Source: Octopus bimaculoides
Lineage: Eukaryota
NCBI RefSeq assembly: GCF_001194135.2
Contig: NC_069007.1
Location: forward strand, 6,139,132-6,203,131
Direction: 5' to 3'
DNA length: 64,000 nucleotides
Shown: positions 11,888 to 24,091 of the stretch, in pieces
Layout of the letters: every line of letters begins with the position of its first letter
Numbering within the stretch: the stretch's first letter is position 1
Program-made: the position numbers and the translations under genes
Notes under the pieces: model-generated
Told to the model about the DNA's origin: nothing
Database searches by the model: none
Seen by the model: only the letters and a program-made list of their open reading frames with translations

Positions 11888-12037
11888 CAACAGCTTCTTT
11901 CAGTTTCCGTCTACCAAATCCACTCACATGGCTTTGGTCAGCCCTAGGCTATAGTAGAAGACACTTGCCCAAGATGCCATGCAGTGGGACTGAACCCAGA
12001 ACCATGTGGTTGGTAAGCAAGCTACTTACCACACAGT
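11267..12037 (-). mobile_element. SINE family C split by internal microsatellite and gap
   Basis: 3' half 11267-11480, 5' half 11888-12037 with cttgcccaag CORE box. Confidence 0.85.
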
Positions 12038-13635
12038 GGATTGATTATGATGATGATGAGGAGGAGGAGGAGGAGGAGGACATAAACACATGTGACATTG
12101 TTAAATTGTGAAGAAAACAAATGAATCAAATATTATTTCACCACCACCAGCACCACCACCATTGTCACCATAAACATCACTACAACCACTACTACCACCA
12201 CAACCACAAACATCACCACCACCACCACCATGTCGTGACATTTTCAACCTCAACTTTGCACTACACAACTGTTTCCATTAGATAATTTCTAGTGAATTTC
12301 ATGACTTACATTATTTCTAATCATATTACAAAATAGCATGTTGATATCTTGATCGGTGATATTTTTTATATCACATATTGTCCGGAACAAAACATAGCAA
12401 AAATATCACAAAATGTATAGAATAAATAAATTATAGACAAACCTAAAGTATTTGAAACTAAGAATTATATGCACACACAGAGAGATATATGTGTGTGTGT
12501 GTATCTATATCTAGATATATGTGTGTGTGTGTATCTATATCTATATATATGTATGTATGCATATATATATGAATATATATAAGANNNNNNNNNNNNNNNN
12601 NNNNNNNNNNNNNNNNNNNNNNNNNNNNNNNNNNNNNNNNNNNNNNNNNNNNNNNNNNNNNNNNNNNNNNNNNNNNNNNNNNNNNNNNNNNNNNNNNNNN
12701 NNNNNNNNNNNNNNNNNNNNNNNNNNNNNNNNNNNNNNNNNNNNNNNNNNNNNNNNNNNNNNNNNNNNNNNNNNNNNNNNNNNNNNNNNNNNNNNNNNNN
12801 NNNNNNNNNNNNNNNNNNNNNNNNNNNNNNNNNNNNNNNNNNNNNNNNNNNNNNNNNNNNNNNNNNNNNNNNNNNNNNNNNNNNNNNNNNNNNNNNNNNN
12901 NNNNNNNNNNNNNNNNNNNNNNNNNNNNNNNNNNNNNNNNNNNNNNNNNNNNNNNNNNNNNNNNNNNNNNNNNNNNNNNNNNNNNNNNNNNNNNNNNNNN
13001 NNNNNNNNNNNNNNNNNNNNNNNNNNNNNNNNNNNNNNNNNNNNNNNNNNNNNNNNNNNNNNNNNNNNNNNNNNNNNNNNNNNNNNNNNNNNNNNNNNNN
13101 NNNNNNNNNNNNNNNNNNNNNNNNNNNNNNNNNNNNNNNNNNNNNNNNNNNNNNNNNNNNNNNNNNNNNNNNNNNNNNNNNNNNNNNNNNNNNNNNNNNN
13201 NNNNNNNNNNNNNNNNNNNNNNNNNNNNNNNNNNNNNNNNNNNNNNNNNNNNNNNNNNNNNNNNNNNNNNNNTATATATATGATAGATAGATGGTAATAC
13301 AGATAAACATATATATATATTATATATGTAAGTATATATATGTATATATATGACATAAAGTTAGGGGGGGTGAAATGTGTGTGTAGAATTATTTTATTTT
13401 TTCATATGTGTATGTATGTATGTATGTATGTATGTATGTATATATATGTACGTATATATATATGTATATATGCATATCTAAATATATACACATAACTATG
13501 TATTTGTGTGTGCGTATGTGATTTTACAGCAAAATAAACTCAACCAGAACAGGTGAAGTAATATTTTTTTTTTATATCTATAAATATATTTTTCTATTCT
13601 TCCTCTGAGATTTACCAGAAAGAAAATAATTTAAT

Positions 13636-13682
<47 letters not shown>

Positions 13683-13794
13683 TTGTCATTATAGTTTGTG
13701 TCGCAGTATGAAATAATGTATTATATATATATATAAATAACTGTCTACACGTGTATGTGCATGTGTGTATATATGTGAATTTATATATCAATGC

Positions 13795-13830
<36 letters not shown>

Positions 13831-14123
13831 TTATGCATATATGTTTCATAAATAATAAAATGAATGGTTTACACCTGGTATATTCCATCTTCCATTCGCC
13901 ATATTCATAGATAGCTGTATAAACTTGTGCATGTATATTTTATAAGTTTCTGTCTGTTTCTTTCTCTCTCTGTCAAGTTATATATATATAAATATACACA
14001 CAGTACCCAGTACACGCAGCTCCTGAGATGAAACTTATAATAAAAATAATAATAATAGTATTAATATATATACATATATCATCATCATCATCATTGTTTA
14101 ACGTCTGATGATGATGATGATGA

Positions 14124-14170
<47 letters not shown>

Positions 14171-14175
14171 GTATC

Positions 14176-14208
<33 letters not shown>

Positions 14209-14736
14209 GTATCTATATATATATATATGTATCTATATATATGTATCTATATGTATGTGTGTGNNNNNNNNNNNNNNNNNNNNNNNNNNNNNNNNNNNNN
14301 NNNNNNNNNNNNNNNNNNNNNNNNNNNNNNNNNNNNNNNNNNNNNNNNNNNNNNNNNNNNNNNNNNNNNNNNNNNNNNNNNNNNNNNNNNNNNNNNNNNN
14401 NNNNNNNNNNNNNNNNNNNNNNNNNNNNNNNNNNNNNNNNNNNNNNNNNNNNNNNNNNNNNNNNNNNNNNNNNNNNNNNNNNNNNNNNNNNNNNNNNNNN
14501 NNNNNNNNNNNNNNNNNNNNNNNNATATATATAATTATGTGTATTTCTTCTATCTTAATGAATAAAAATTCTTCTGATAGAATAAATGGGTTAATAGAAA
14601 CCAATGTAGCAAAGAACACAAAATAACTGTGGTTAGCTCCTGTTTTTAAGGCAGGGACTCCTTGAAATTTTGGGTATTTGAGTATATTTAAGAATTTAAG
14701 GATTGGAGAAAACGCATGTTATAATTGCATACTTTA

Positions 14737-14820
14737 TTCCTATATATGTTTCAAAGGATTACAACCTGTGTGATCCATAGGGATCTTTGATATTAAAATT
14801 GTAACCTTCTCGTCAGGGAA
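14737..14820 (-). ncRNA. Type-I hammerhead ribozyme motif with extended stem II in a PLE-like terminal repeat
   Basis: Minus strand: ttcc CTGACGA gaaggttacaa...ttgtaatccttt GAAA c-atat-a TA ggaa; stem I ttcc/ggaa; one mismatch in stem III. Confidence 0.6.
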
Positions 14821-14981
14821 AGCATGGGAATCATCTTAAACGTAAGACATTATGACCGATTATGAAAACAATAGATATATATATATATACAGTCAGAGTG
14901 AGAGAGAAAGAAAGAGAGATGTATGTGCATATACATAAATTCTGGTACCATAAACTTAGTGTACCATAAGTGTAACATGAA

Positions 14982-15012
<31 letters not shown>

Positions 15013-15080
15013 ACATACATACATATACACAAACATTTATGTATATATATTGTACTTATATATTCATACATATATAAATA

Positions 15081-16200
15081 TGAGGTGTTGTCAAAAAGTA
15101 TCCAAATTTGATTTCTTTTTGCATGCAAAATGCACATGGGCATCAGGTGACCATGACCTTCCTGAGCATGTGCAAACATTTTCGCATTTGTAGGTTGCAC
15201 CATTTGCCTGCAGTGATACATTGAGTCCAGATGTGAAGAGTGTGCTGTACGATTTTTCTTTTTGATTCAAGATGACTCAGTGCATCGAGTGAAGATATTG
15301 TATCAAATTCTGCCAAAAACTTGGTGATACACAAGCCCAGACTATCAAGAAGATTCAGAAGGCATTTGGTGATGATGCTATGGGAAAAAAAACACAACTG
15401 ATTCAAAGATAGCTGCACCTTAGTGGACAGTGAGCCACGTTGTGGCCAGATAATTAACACAGAATGTGGCACTCCGTCACTTACGACGTCGAGGGTACCA
15501 GTTGATCCGATCAATGGAACAGCCTGCTTGTGAAATTAATGTACAAGTGGCTGAGCACTCCACAGACACGTGTACCCTTAACGTAGTTCTCGGGGATATT
15601 CAGCATGACACAGTGTGACAAGGCTGACCCTTTGAATTAAAGGCACAACAGAAACAGGGAGTAAGAGTGAGAGAATGTTGTGGTGGAAGAGTACAGCAGG
15701 GTTCGCCACCATCCCCTGCCGGAGCCTTGTGGAGCTTTAGGTGTTTTCACTCAATAAACACTCACAACGCCCGGTCTGGGAATCGAAACCGCGATCCTAT
15801 GACTGTGAGTCCGCTGCCCAAACCACTGAGCCATTGCGCCTCCACTAACAAAGAATACTATTTGGGGTTTCTTCATCGCCTTTGTGAAGCTGTGCAGTGA
15901 AAACAACCCAACTTGTGGGCAGCAAAGAACTGACAACTCCACCATGACAATGCACCCGCTCATTCTATCAACCTCGTCCAAGCATTCCTTGTCAAGCAAA
16001 ACACACCACTTGTTTGTCAGTCTTCCAACTTCCCAGAAATGGCTCCATGTGACTTTTTGGTATTCCCAAAGTTCAAAAAAACCACTTAAAGGGAGATTTC
16101 AGTAAACAGAAGACACTAAGCAAAATTTGGCGGCACAACTCTACAGCATCCCAAAAAGGGATTTCCAGAAATGTTTCCGGCAGCAAAAAGAAAGCAAAGA
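15081..16200 (+). mobile_element. Internally deleted mariner with nested SINE
   Basis: TA+tgaggtgttgtcaaaaag left TIR; MTQCIE*RYCIKFCQKLGDTQ; NKEYYL...LHHDNAPAH...MAPCDF. Confidence 0.9.
15466..15845 (-). mobile_element. Full SINE family A with 11-bp TSD
   Basis: TSD taacacagaat (15455) / taacaaagaat (15846); tRNA-like A/B boxes. Confidence 0.95.
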
Positions 16201-16224
16201 CTGAAGATTTAAGGATACATATAT

Positions 16225-16440
16225 ATTTTTGTATTTCTTTTATTTTACTTGTTTCAGTCATGCTGCAGCAATGCCTTAAATGATTTTAGTTGAACAAATG
16301 AACTCCAGGACTTATTTTTTAAGCTTAGTACTTGTTCTATTATTCTCTTTTGCCAAAACTGCTAAATTACAGGGACATAAACACACCAACACCGGTTGTG
16401 AAGCAGTGATGTGGGGACAAATACAGACGCACAGACACAC
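16225..16440 (-). mobile_element. SINE family C, 3' half
   Basis: ttacttgtttcagtca...ggggacaaatacagac. Confidence 0.8.
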
Positions 16441-16444
16441 ATTC

Positions 16445-16476
<32 letters not shown>

Positions 16477-16591
16477 CATAATAGGGTAAAAATTTGGTAT
16501 TAATTAATATCAATTTAATACCAGGAAAGCAGCACATTAAAAGAATCAGAAGATTCAGAAAAAATTTTCTGAGATCTCAAAAGGATTATCG

Positions 16592-16745
16592 TATATTTAT
16601 ATATAAAAAAGTCCACTAAGTGGACTGGTAATGTGCTAGAAAAAGATCACTTAAAAATCCACTGAGAATTCTTTGAGAATTTTTAAGTGATCTTCTTCTA
16701 GTACATTACCAGTTCACTTAGTGGTCTCTTTTATATATAAATATA
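16592..16745. repeat. Hairpin, ~67-bp arms, ~20-nt loop
   Basis: tatataaaaaagtccactaag...gatcacttaaaaat / atttttaagtgatc...cttagtggtctcttttatata. Confidence 0.9.
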
Positions 16746-17234
16746 AATGTGTGTGTGTGTGTGTGTGGCTTCTTTCAGTTTCTATCTACCAGAGCCACTC
16801 ACAAGTCTTTGGGAGTTCACCAGAATGTTGCTGCCAATAATAGAAGAACATACACTTTGGGTAAATCAAGCCTCTGCCTTCACAGCAGGGTTAAAATCTT
16901 ACATTTCAGATCCAGATTCAGAGAAGCTGAAAGGTGGATATATGTATATCTTTCTATTCCATCTCCTTCTTTCCTCTTTCATCTCTACCCCCCACCTCTC
17001 TCTCTCTCCCATTTGCTCACGCTAACTTTAAACTCCCCCAAGGGCATTCAGCTATGAAAGAATTTTCAACTCCAGTTTTAACTTCTCCAAATAGTCGTGC
17101 CATGAACCCACCTTACAGAATATTCCTTAATTCTGTTTTCTCTAACTCTCTAAATTCTTTAGCTCCCATTTCATGGTATTACCATTCCCTACACACACAC
17201 ACACATACACACACACACACACGCTAAAATCTTT

Positions 17235-17525
17235 GCATGACCCTCACCAGTGAAATGAAACAAGCTTCAACAGGAAATTATCATGTGACCTCTCAACAGC
17301 ATATTCCTCAATTCTTCCCATTTTTCAGAGATACCATTCCTTACCTTCATGCACACGCACACACACATACAAACAAACACACAAGCGAAAATCCATGCAA
17401 GACTCTCACCAGTGAAATGAAACAAACTTCAACTCATGTTAGAAATTCTATAGGTAATTGGCATCATGTGACCTCTCAATTCTTCCCATTTCCCAGAGTT
17501 ACCATTCCTTACCTTCATCCACACA
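17235..17525 (+). repeat. Local direct duplication (~2 units)
   Basis: ctcaccagtgaaatgaaacaa...catgtgacctctcaa...accattccttaccttcat occurs twice. Confidence 0.85.
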
Positions 17526-17840
17526 CACACACACACACATTCACCAATATCTTTTATTGATCCTAACTTCAAATTCTTCAGGAGCCTGTCATAGTCTAAC
17601 CTCACTGTTAAATGCAAATTTATTTGGTTTCCTGTTATTCTTTTTTACTCCATATTGTTCCGTTTATTCTAATTTACCATTTTCTAAGAACTCACACATG
17701 CGTTCATAAACACTCACACACATACACACACACAATTAGGCCAACTCTGCCTTTGGCTCATCGTCTTAGCAGAATTATTGTTAATCTGATTTCAAAGGAA
17801 ATCGTTTAGAATTTACTTCCAGTTCAGTGCACCTGCCCCT

Positions 17841-17884
<44 letters not shown>

Positions 17885-17993
17885 TACACACATATAAAAA
17901 TACACATGGGGAACACACGTACAGAAAAAATCACACGCACATACACACACACACACACAAATACAAACACAAACACACACTGAAGCCTGCATG

Positions 17994-18026
<33 letters not shown>

Positions 18027-18849
18027 TGAACCTTGCATAGGCAAATATAAAGACTGAAGTGAGCATATGTACACATGGACAAAGACATACACTGAAATAT
18101 GCACACTCACACACAAAATGAAGCATGCAGACACACACACACATACACACACAAAGACATACTGATACATACATGCATACACACACATACATGCATACTG
18201 AATCTTGCATACACACATACACACACTGAAACAAGTATTATTTTGGAAGGACACACACACACACACACACGTACATTCAGAAACACACTAACCCTGGTGC
18301 CGCAAACTTATCCCTAGGAAAATATTTGGAATGTAATTTTCAAAGACAATGATTTGGAATTTATTTAACCAAATAATGAACCCTGCCTTGATAAAACACA
18401 CACACACACAAACACACATGCACACATATAAACACACGCGCACACACACACACACTCACATACACAAACACATGCACACACAAACACTCACATACACAAA
18501 CACACATGCACATACTCACATACACAAACACACATGCACACATATAAACACACACAAACGCACACACACACACATACACACACAACAAAATAACATGGTT
18601 AAGCACTTTGACTCTTTGGTTACCACAGTTCTGTTGAAATAGTTTTTGTTTCAATAAAAAAATATCGAGTTTCTTAAAATAATTTTCTCATTATTTCTAA
18701 GTTGTTTTGAAATAAAAATCAATTTCATTGCGGCCATGCTGGAGCTCCAACCTGAAAACGTTTAGTCAAATGAATCAACCCCAGTGCTTATTATTTCTTT
18801 GTAAAGCCTCATGCGGGTGGGAAACAAGCTACTTACCACACAGCCATAC

Positions 18850-19510
18850 CTGCACCTACATGAATATTATACAAAACTTAAATGGAAGGTTTGTTTTTGG
18901 ATCGCTTTAAAACAAGGAATTTGTTCCATAGAACCAGAGATAGTCTCAGGCAAGTTGGCATCAAAACGGTTAACCCTTATGTTACCATATTCCTGTTGGA
19001 ATACACAGTCTTTATTTCAATTAATTTTGAAAATAATGAAAAATTGAGAAAGTCACCGTATCGATATTGAGCTGTTGTTTGGAATATAAATTAACATGAA
19101 ATTTTGATGGAAGGTTTAGTTTGGATCACTTTAAAACGAAGAATTTCTATCATAGACCCAGAGACAGTTTTAGGCAATTTGCTACCAAAAGGCTAACTCT
19201 TTTGTTACCATATTTCTATTGAAATACATAACCTTCATTTGAATTAATTTTCAAAAAAGCGAAGAATTTGGCAAAGTAACATGTCAATATTAACTTGTGT
19301 TTGGAATACAAATTAGTGTCAAATTTAGATAGAAGCTTTCAATTTACATCATTTTAACTGTTTAGCATTTAAACTGACCATATCCGGCTCAAATATTCTG
19401 TCTATTTTATGCTAAAACTGGCCGAATCTGACCACTCACACCTTTCCAATAATGTTATTCTAAAGGTAAGCAATTACAACATCGAAAATGTAAAACTACA
19501 ACATAATACA
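18850..19510 (+). mobile_element. Chain of piggyBac-type MITEs joined at TTAA
   Basis: Junctions aaaacggTTAAcccttatgttacc (18968) and aaaaggCTAActcttttgttacc (19192); a second MITE type from ~19355. Confidence 0.65.
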
Positions 19511-19991
19511 GGGACCATGAAAAAAAGAGTCAAGGTTCCCCTGTCAAGTCTTATTCAGTGAACTCACTCCAGGTAAAAGACCATAGACACAAGGACCAAC
19601 TCAAAGCAATCGCGTATACTTGAAGTTTATGAATCATTTTCGTTTTTGCCCGTAGGCTGCAAATTGGCATAGAGAGATTACTCTCTCAAAGCCCCAGGTG
19701 ATAAAACACCTGAAAGTCATGGATAGGTGAGACAACTCACTTCCAATCTCTTAGAGGAGTGATGGACATTTATGATTCACATACCTGAAAATATACGAAG
19801 CATATTTGTTAAGTACATGTGATTGATGATGTTCATATTTAAATATATATATATNNNNNNNNNNTGGATGCCCTTCCTAACGCCAACCACTCTGAGAGTA
19901 TAGTGGGTTCTTTTACGTGCCACCGGCACGAAGGACAGTCAGGTGGTACTGGCGACGGCCACGCTCGAAATGGTGTATTTTACGTGCCACC

Positions 19992-20025
<34 letters not shown>

Positions 20026-20027
<2 letters not shown>

Positions 20028-20377
20028 AATAGTTATCGCCAAGCCAACATGGCAGTCCAAAAAATAGGATGAATGCTGCTGTTGTTTAGCTCCAAGAGGC
20101 CATTGCCTCTAGCTAGGTATGTAACACACGAACCTGTGTCCATTATAACCTTCGAACAGGGGAGGTCAGCCACTTCCCCTTGCTAGTCTGTAGAAACTAG
20201 TCTGTAGATACCAGACCAGCAAGGGGAAGCGACTGACCTCCTCTGTTTGAAGGTTATAATGGACACAGATTTGTGTGTCACATAGCTAGCTAGAGGCGAT
20301 GGCCTCTTAGAGCTAATCAATGGCAGCATTCGTCCTATTTTTGGGATTGCTATGTTGGCTTGGCGATAATTATTAAT
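20026..20377. mobile_element. Foldback element/MITE, ~165-bp arms
   Basis: 20026-20188 is the reverse complement of 20211-20377; differences mostly transitions; AT-rich flanks. Confidence 0.85.
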
Positions 20378-20437
20378 ATCCAGTTCCACTGCCGTAGTCT
20401 CCTTTAGAGAGACTTAGAAATATTAATATTTCTATAA

Positions 20438-20502
<65 letters not shown>

Positions 20503-20506
20503 CACA

Positions 20507-21403
20507 CAGGGGGCCTCAGAAGTCACGAAGGGGTTTCAATATTTAATAACTATTTTAATAATCGTTTGATTTTCATTTTATTTTAAACTTATATATATAT
20601 ATATAAAAAAGACCCTAAAATTTAAGCATGGAAAAGTACATTATTGAACAGCGGACACATATTGTGAAATTTTATAAGCAAAACCAAGGATCAATAATTC
20701 GGACTCAACAAGCATATCGCTGTCATTATGGAGCAATGAATCGTCCAAGTGAATCAATTGTCAGGTGATTAATTGGTCGTTTTGAGGATCAAGCATCAGT
20801 AAGTAACCTTCCAAGATTAGGTGTGGGATGACTTCAGAAAAAAATGATAGGACCTTATTCCTTCAAAAATTCACTGGAGATGAATACCGATCCATGATGC
20901 AGAATGTCTTATGTCCAGTAGTTCAAGATATGCCTGGTGTGTAGTTTCAGCAGTATGGGGCCACAGCTCACACTGCAAGGAACACACTGGGAATGCTCAG
21001 GTAAATTCCTGATTGAAAATTTATTTCTCTATTTTCAGAGATAAATTGGCCATCTTGTTCTCTAGATCTAACTGCCCCAGGCATTTTTCTATGGGGCTAT
21101 CTTAAGGAAAATGTTTATGTCAACAAGCTTCAAACGATTGCAGATCTTAAAAATAACATTAGAACAGAAATGAGATCACTGGGGCCACAAATGTTCAGGG
21201 CTGTTATGGAAAACACCTTAGAAAAAGCAAGTTCATGTGAATTGGAAAATGGACGCCATTTAAAAGCTGTCATCTTCCATACATAGGGGAAATGACTCTC
21301 ACATCCTATTTCTGTAACTTACCTACTAAAATATCACAATTTTAAAACAAAATAAATGAGATATTAAATATTGAAACCCCTTCGTGATTTCTGGGCCACC
21401 CTG
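20507..21403 (+). mobile_element. Tc1/mariner-superfamily rosa-type (DD41D) element, internally deleted
   Basis: ~41-bp TIRs cagggggcctcagaagtcacgaaggggtttcaatatttaata; MEKYIIEQRTHIV...; FQQY(D)GATAHT...WPSCSLDLTAPG(D)IFLWGYLK with 41-residue spacing. Confidence 0.9.
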
Positions 21404-21422
21404 GATATATATATATATATAT

Positions 21423-22357
21423 CCAGGGTGGAAGGATTTCATAGCTACAGGAGTGTGCTTACATCTGGACAACATGTGCATTTTGAACTGGGGTGTTGTC
21501 TCGGAGGAGGTGGTCAGCATGCCATGCCTCTCTGCTTTGATGGCATCTCACAATTTCTGCAGCAGAGAACCAGAATATTCTTCATTAATTGTGGTGCCCT
21601 TTGCCAGAAAATCCATCATCACTACTCTACGCTGGTCCCAAAAGACTGTGAGCATCATATTGCCTGCTGAGGATTGGACACGAGCTTTCTTTGGAAGTGG
21701 TGAGTTATCGTGCTTCCATTGCTTCGACTGGACTTTAGTCTCAGGTTCATAGGATTAGAGCCATGTACCATCCTGTGTGATAAGTCTGCCGTAAAAGTTC
21801 TCGTTTTCTTGATACATTACCCAAAGAACCTGGAAGAAATTGACTCGTTTTTGATTCTGAAAAAGTGTGAGCATTCACATGTGAAAATGGTTGATAATGA
21901 TTTTTTTCCACGGACCCTACACTTATCTTCACTTGTTGGGTTAGTTGCCGAATAGTTATGTGGCAATCCACCAAAATGGCAGCTTCTACTTTATGGATGG
22001 TGTCATCATCAATGGCGGAATGTGATCGTCCAGGCATAGGAGCAGTTTCCATCGATATCCAACTACATTTGAATTGGTGATGCCAGTGCTTGACGATGGC
22101 GCATCATCACTATAAGCTTCTTTCTTTTCATCGAAAGTCTCTTTTGGTGTACGACCTTTCAAGTATAAGAACCTGATCACTGATTTGCATTCAACTGCCT
22201 CCGTAATAACACCTTAGTCTACTTCAGCAGTCGTAAAAGACAAACAAATACTAGTGGAAAGATGGAATTTACAATATATAATTACACCTGTATAAGCTCA
22301 GTTTCCTGCAATAACCAAAAGTGAGTGAGGGGAAATCTTTAATGAACACCCCTCATA
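21423..22357 (-). mobile_element. Mariner element, 3'-truncated
   Basis: TIR tatgaggggtgttcattaaag; VIRFLYLKGRTPKETF, YEPETKVQSKQW, MMLTVFWD; ends at YEILP. Confidence 0.9.
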
Positions 22358-22386
22358 CGTGTATGTATGTATGTATGTATATATAT

Positions 22387-23752
22387 CAGTGGCGCGCGGT
22401 GAATTCCGGGGTTGGGCATGCAATGAATTTCTCCCCCAACCCTGGCAATTTTTCAGTAAAAGAATTTTCGTATTCCTAGTATTTACATATGGGAGATTCT
22501 GAATACGCAATCACCCCCCTATGACCTAGAATAAGCAGGGAATAAAAAATGGCTCTGGAGAGATGAGCCTGAAATAAGTGTATTGTTTGTATTTTTCTCT
22601 CTCTTCGAAACGTCAGTACTTTCCCATCCTATACCTATTGGTTCAGTTGAATCAATTTGAAATGATTTAATAAAGAGAACACATTTAGTTACATTATATG
22701 GCCATGGTTTTAGATAGTTACGCTCTGGAAGACAAGCCAGGTGCTTTATCATGCTACTTGTCAATTCCGGGAAAATTATTGATACTCAAGCATACTGTTC
22801 TGAGACTTACTGAACTCCGTATATTAAAAGACTACGTCTCACGCACACACATTGTAAATACACACATATACATGAATACACACACAATGAAAGACAGCGA
22901 AAATTCAACATTGTAAAAAGCCCCCCCCCCCCAAAGTCAACATCTCTGATATTGAAACAAGACACTTATTTAGGGCTGTAAATAGACTACAACCAGCAAC
23001 ACAGAAAGTCTCTTTTCGAAAAACTATTTCTCAAAATATCGTTTATAACACTCATTTCGAAAAAGGCTACTTTTATATAAGAACATACGTCTAAGCATCT
23101 GAGTAAATTGTAAGTCATTTCAACAAAACGGAAAAAATAACGTTAGTCAAATTAATTTAAGATTAATTAGCTACTTCTGAAATAAGAAATATAACATAGA
23201 TAATATTTTTTTTTTCAGAACACTCCAAAAATATAATAGTGCATACAGATGCTTTGAATAAAAAAAAATTCAAACTTACCGCCAGGTTATTCCGACATTT
23301 GAGCTGGCTAACTCAGGAATTATGGGATTGCTCTGGTTTCGGTCAGAAAGTGGAACGAGGTTTGCGACAATTCTACATTAACAAGGAGAGAGAGAGAGAG
23401 GGAGAGGGGGTGTCTGGCACGTGCGTCTTCTCAAAGCAGACGATCTCAGAGCAGACGATCTCGAAGCAGACGATTTCAAAGCAGACGATCTCGAAGCAGA
23501 CGATCTCGAAGAAGACGACCGATTCACTGAGAGAGTGGGAAGGGGAGGGTAGAATATTTCGAAAACACCTGGACGGAGTTTCTTTGAAACAAAAGCAACT
23601 ATTTTATCTNNNNNNNNNNGAGGGTAGAATATTTCGAAAACACCTGGACGGAGTTTCTTTGAAACAAAAGCAACTATTTTATCTAATTTTCCGATGATAT
23701 CGATAAAAAAATCACAGAGCATACCTTGTATGCCTGAGAGTGCACGCCCCTG
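22387..23752. mobile_element. Non-autonomous DNA transposon, probably hAT (Tip100-like ends)
   Basis: Imperfect TIRs cagtggcgcgc / gcacgcccctg; inserted in (TA)n so the TSD is ambiguous; no clear transposase. Confidence 0.5.
23431..23520 (+). repeat. 15-bp minisatellite x6 (tcgaagcagacgatc)
   Basis: Six adjacent units counted. Confidence 0.95.
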
Positions 23753-24091
23753 ATATGTGTGTATATATATATATATATGTGAATGTGTCTTTGTGTGTGT
23801 GTGTGTGTGGCTTGTTTATGTAAAGTAAAAAAGAGACCAATAGCATAACTGTTAAACTTAAAGAAAAGATAAGTAGTGGTATCAATCCTTTCTAAGTCGT
23901 ACCCTCCTGAAACAAGTAAAATATAAAGATATGTCGATAATAATTTCTATTTTTTTTATGTGTATAATTGCATCAGTATCTAGACCTGTTTGTATAATAC
24001 AACTACACGTTTTTACATCAACAAGCCATGGAATGCTTGAAATAGCTGTAAAGATATATCAAGGACTATATTTTCCATTCATATAACATAT

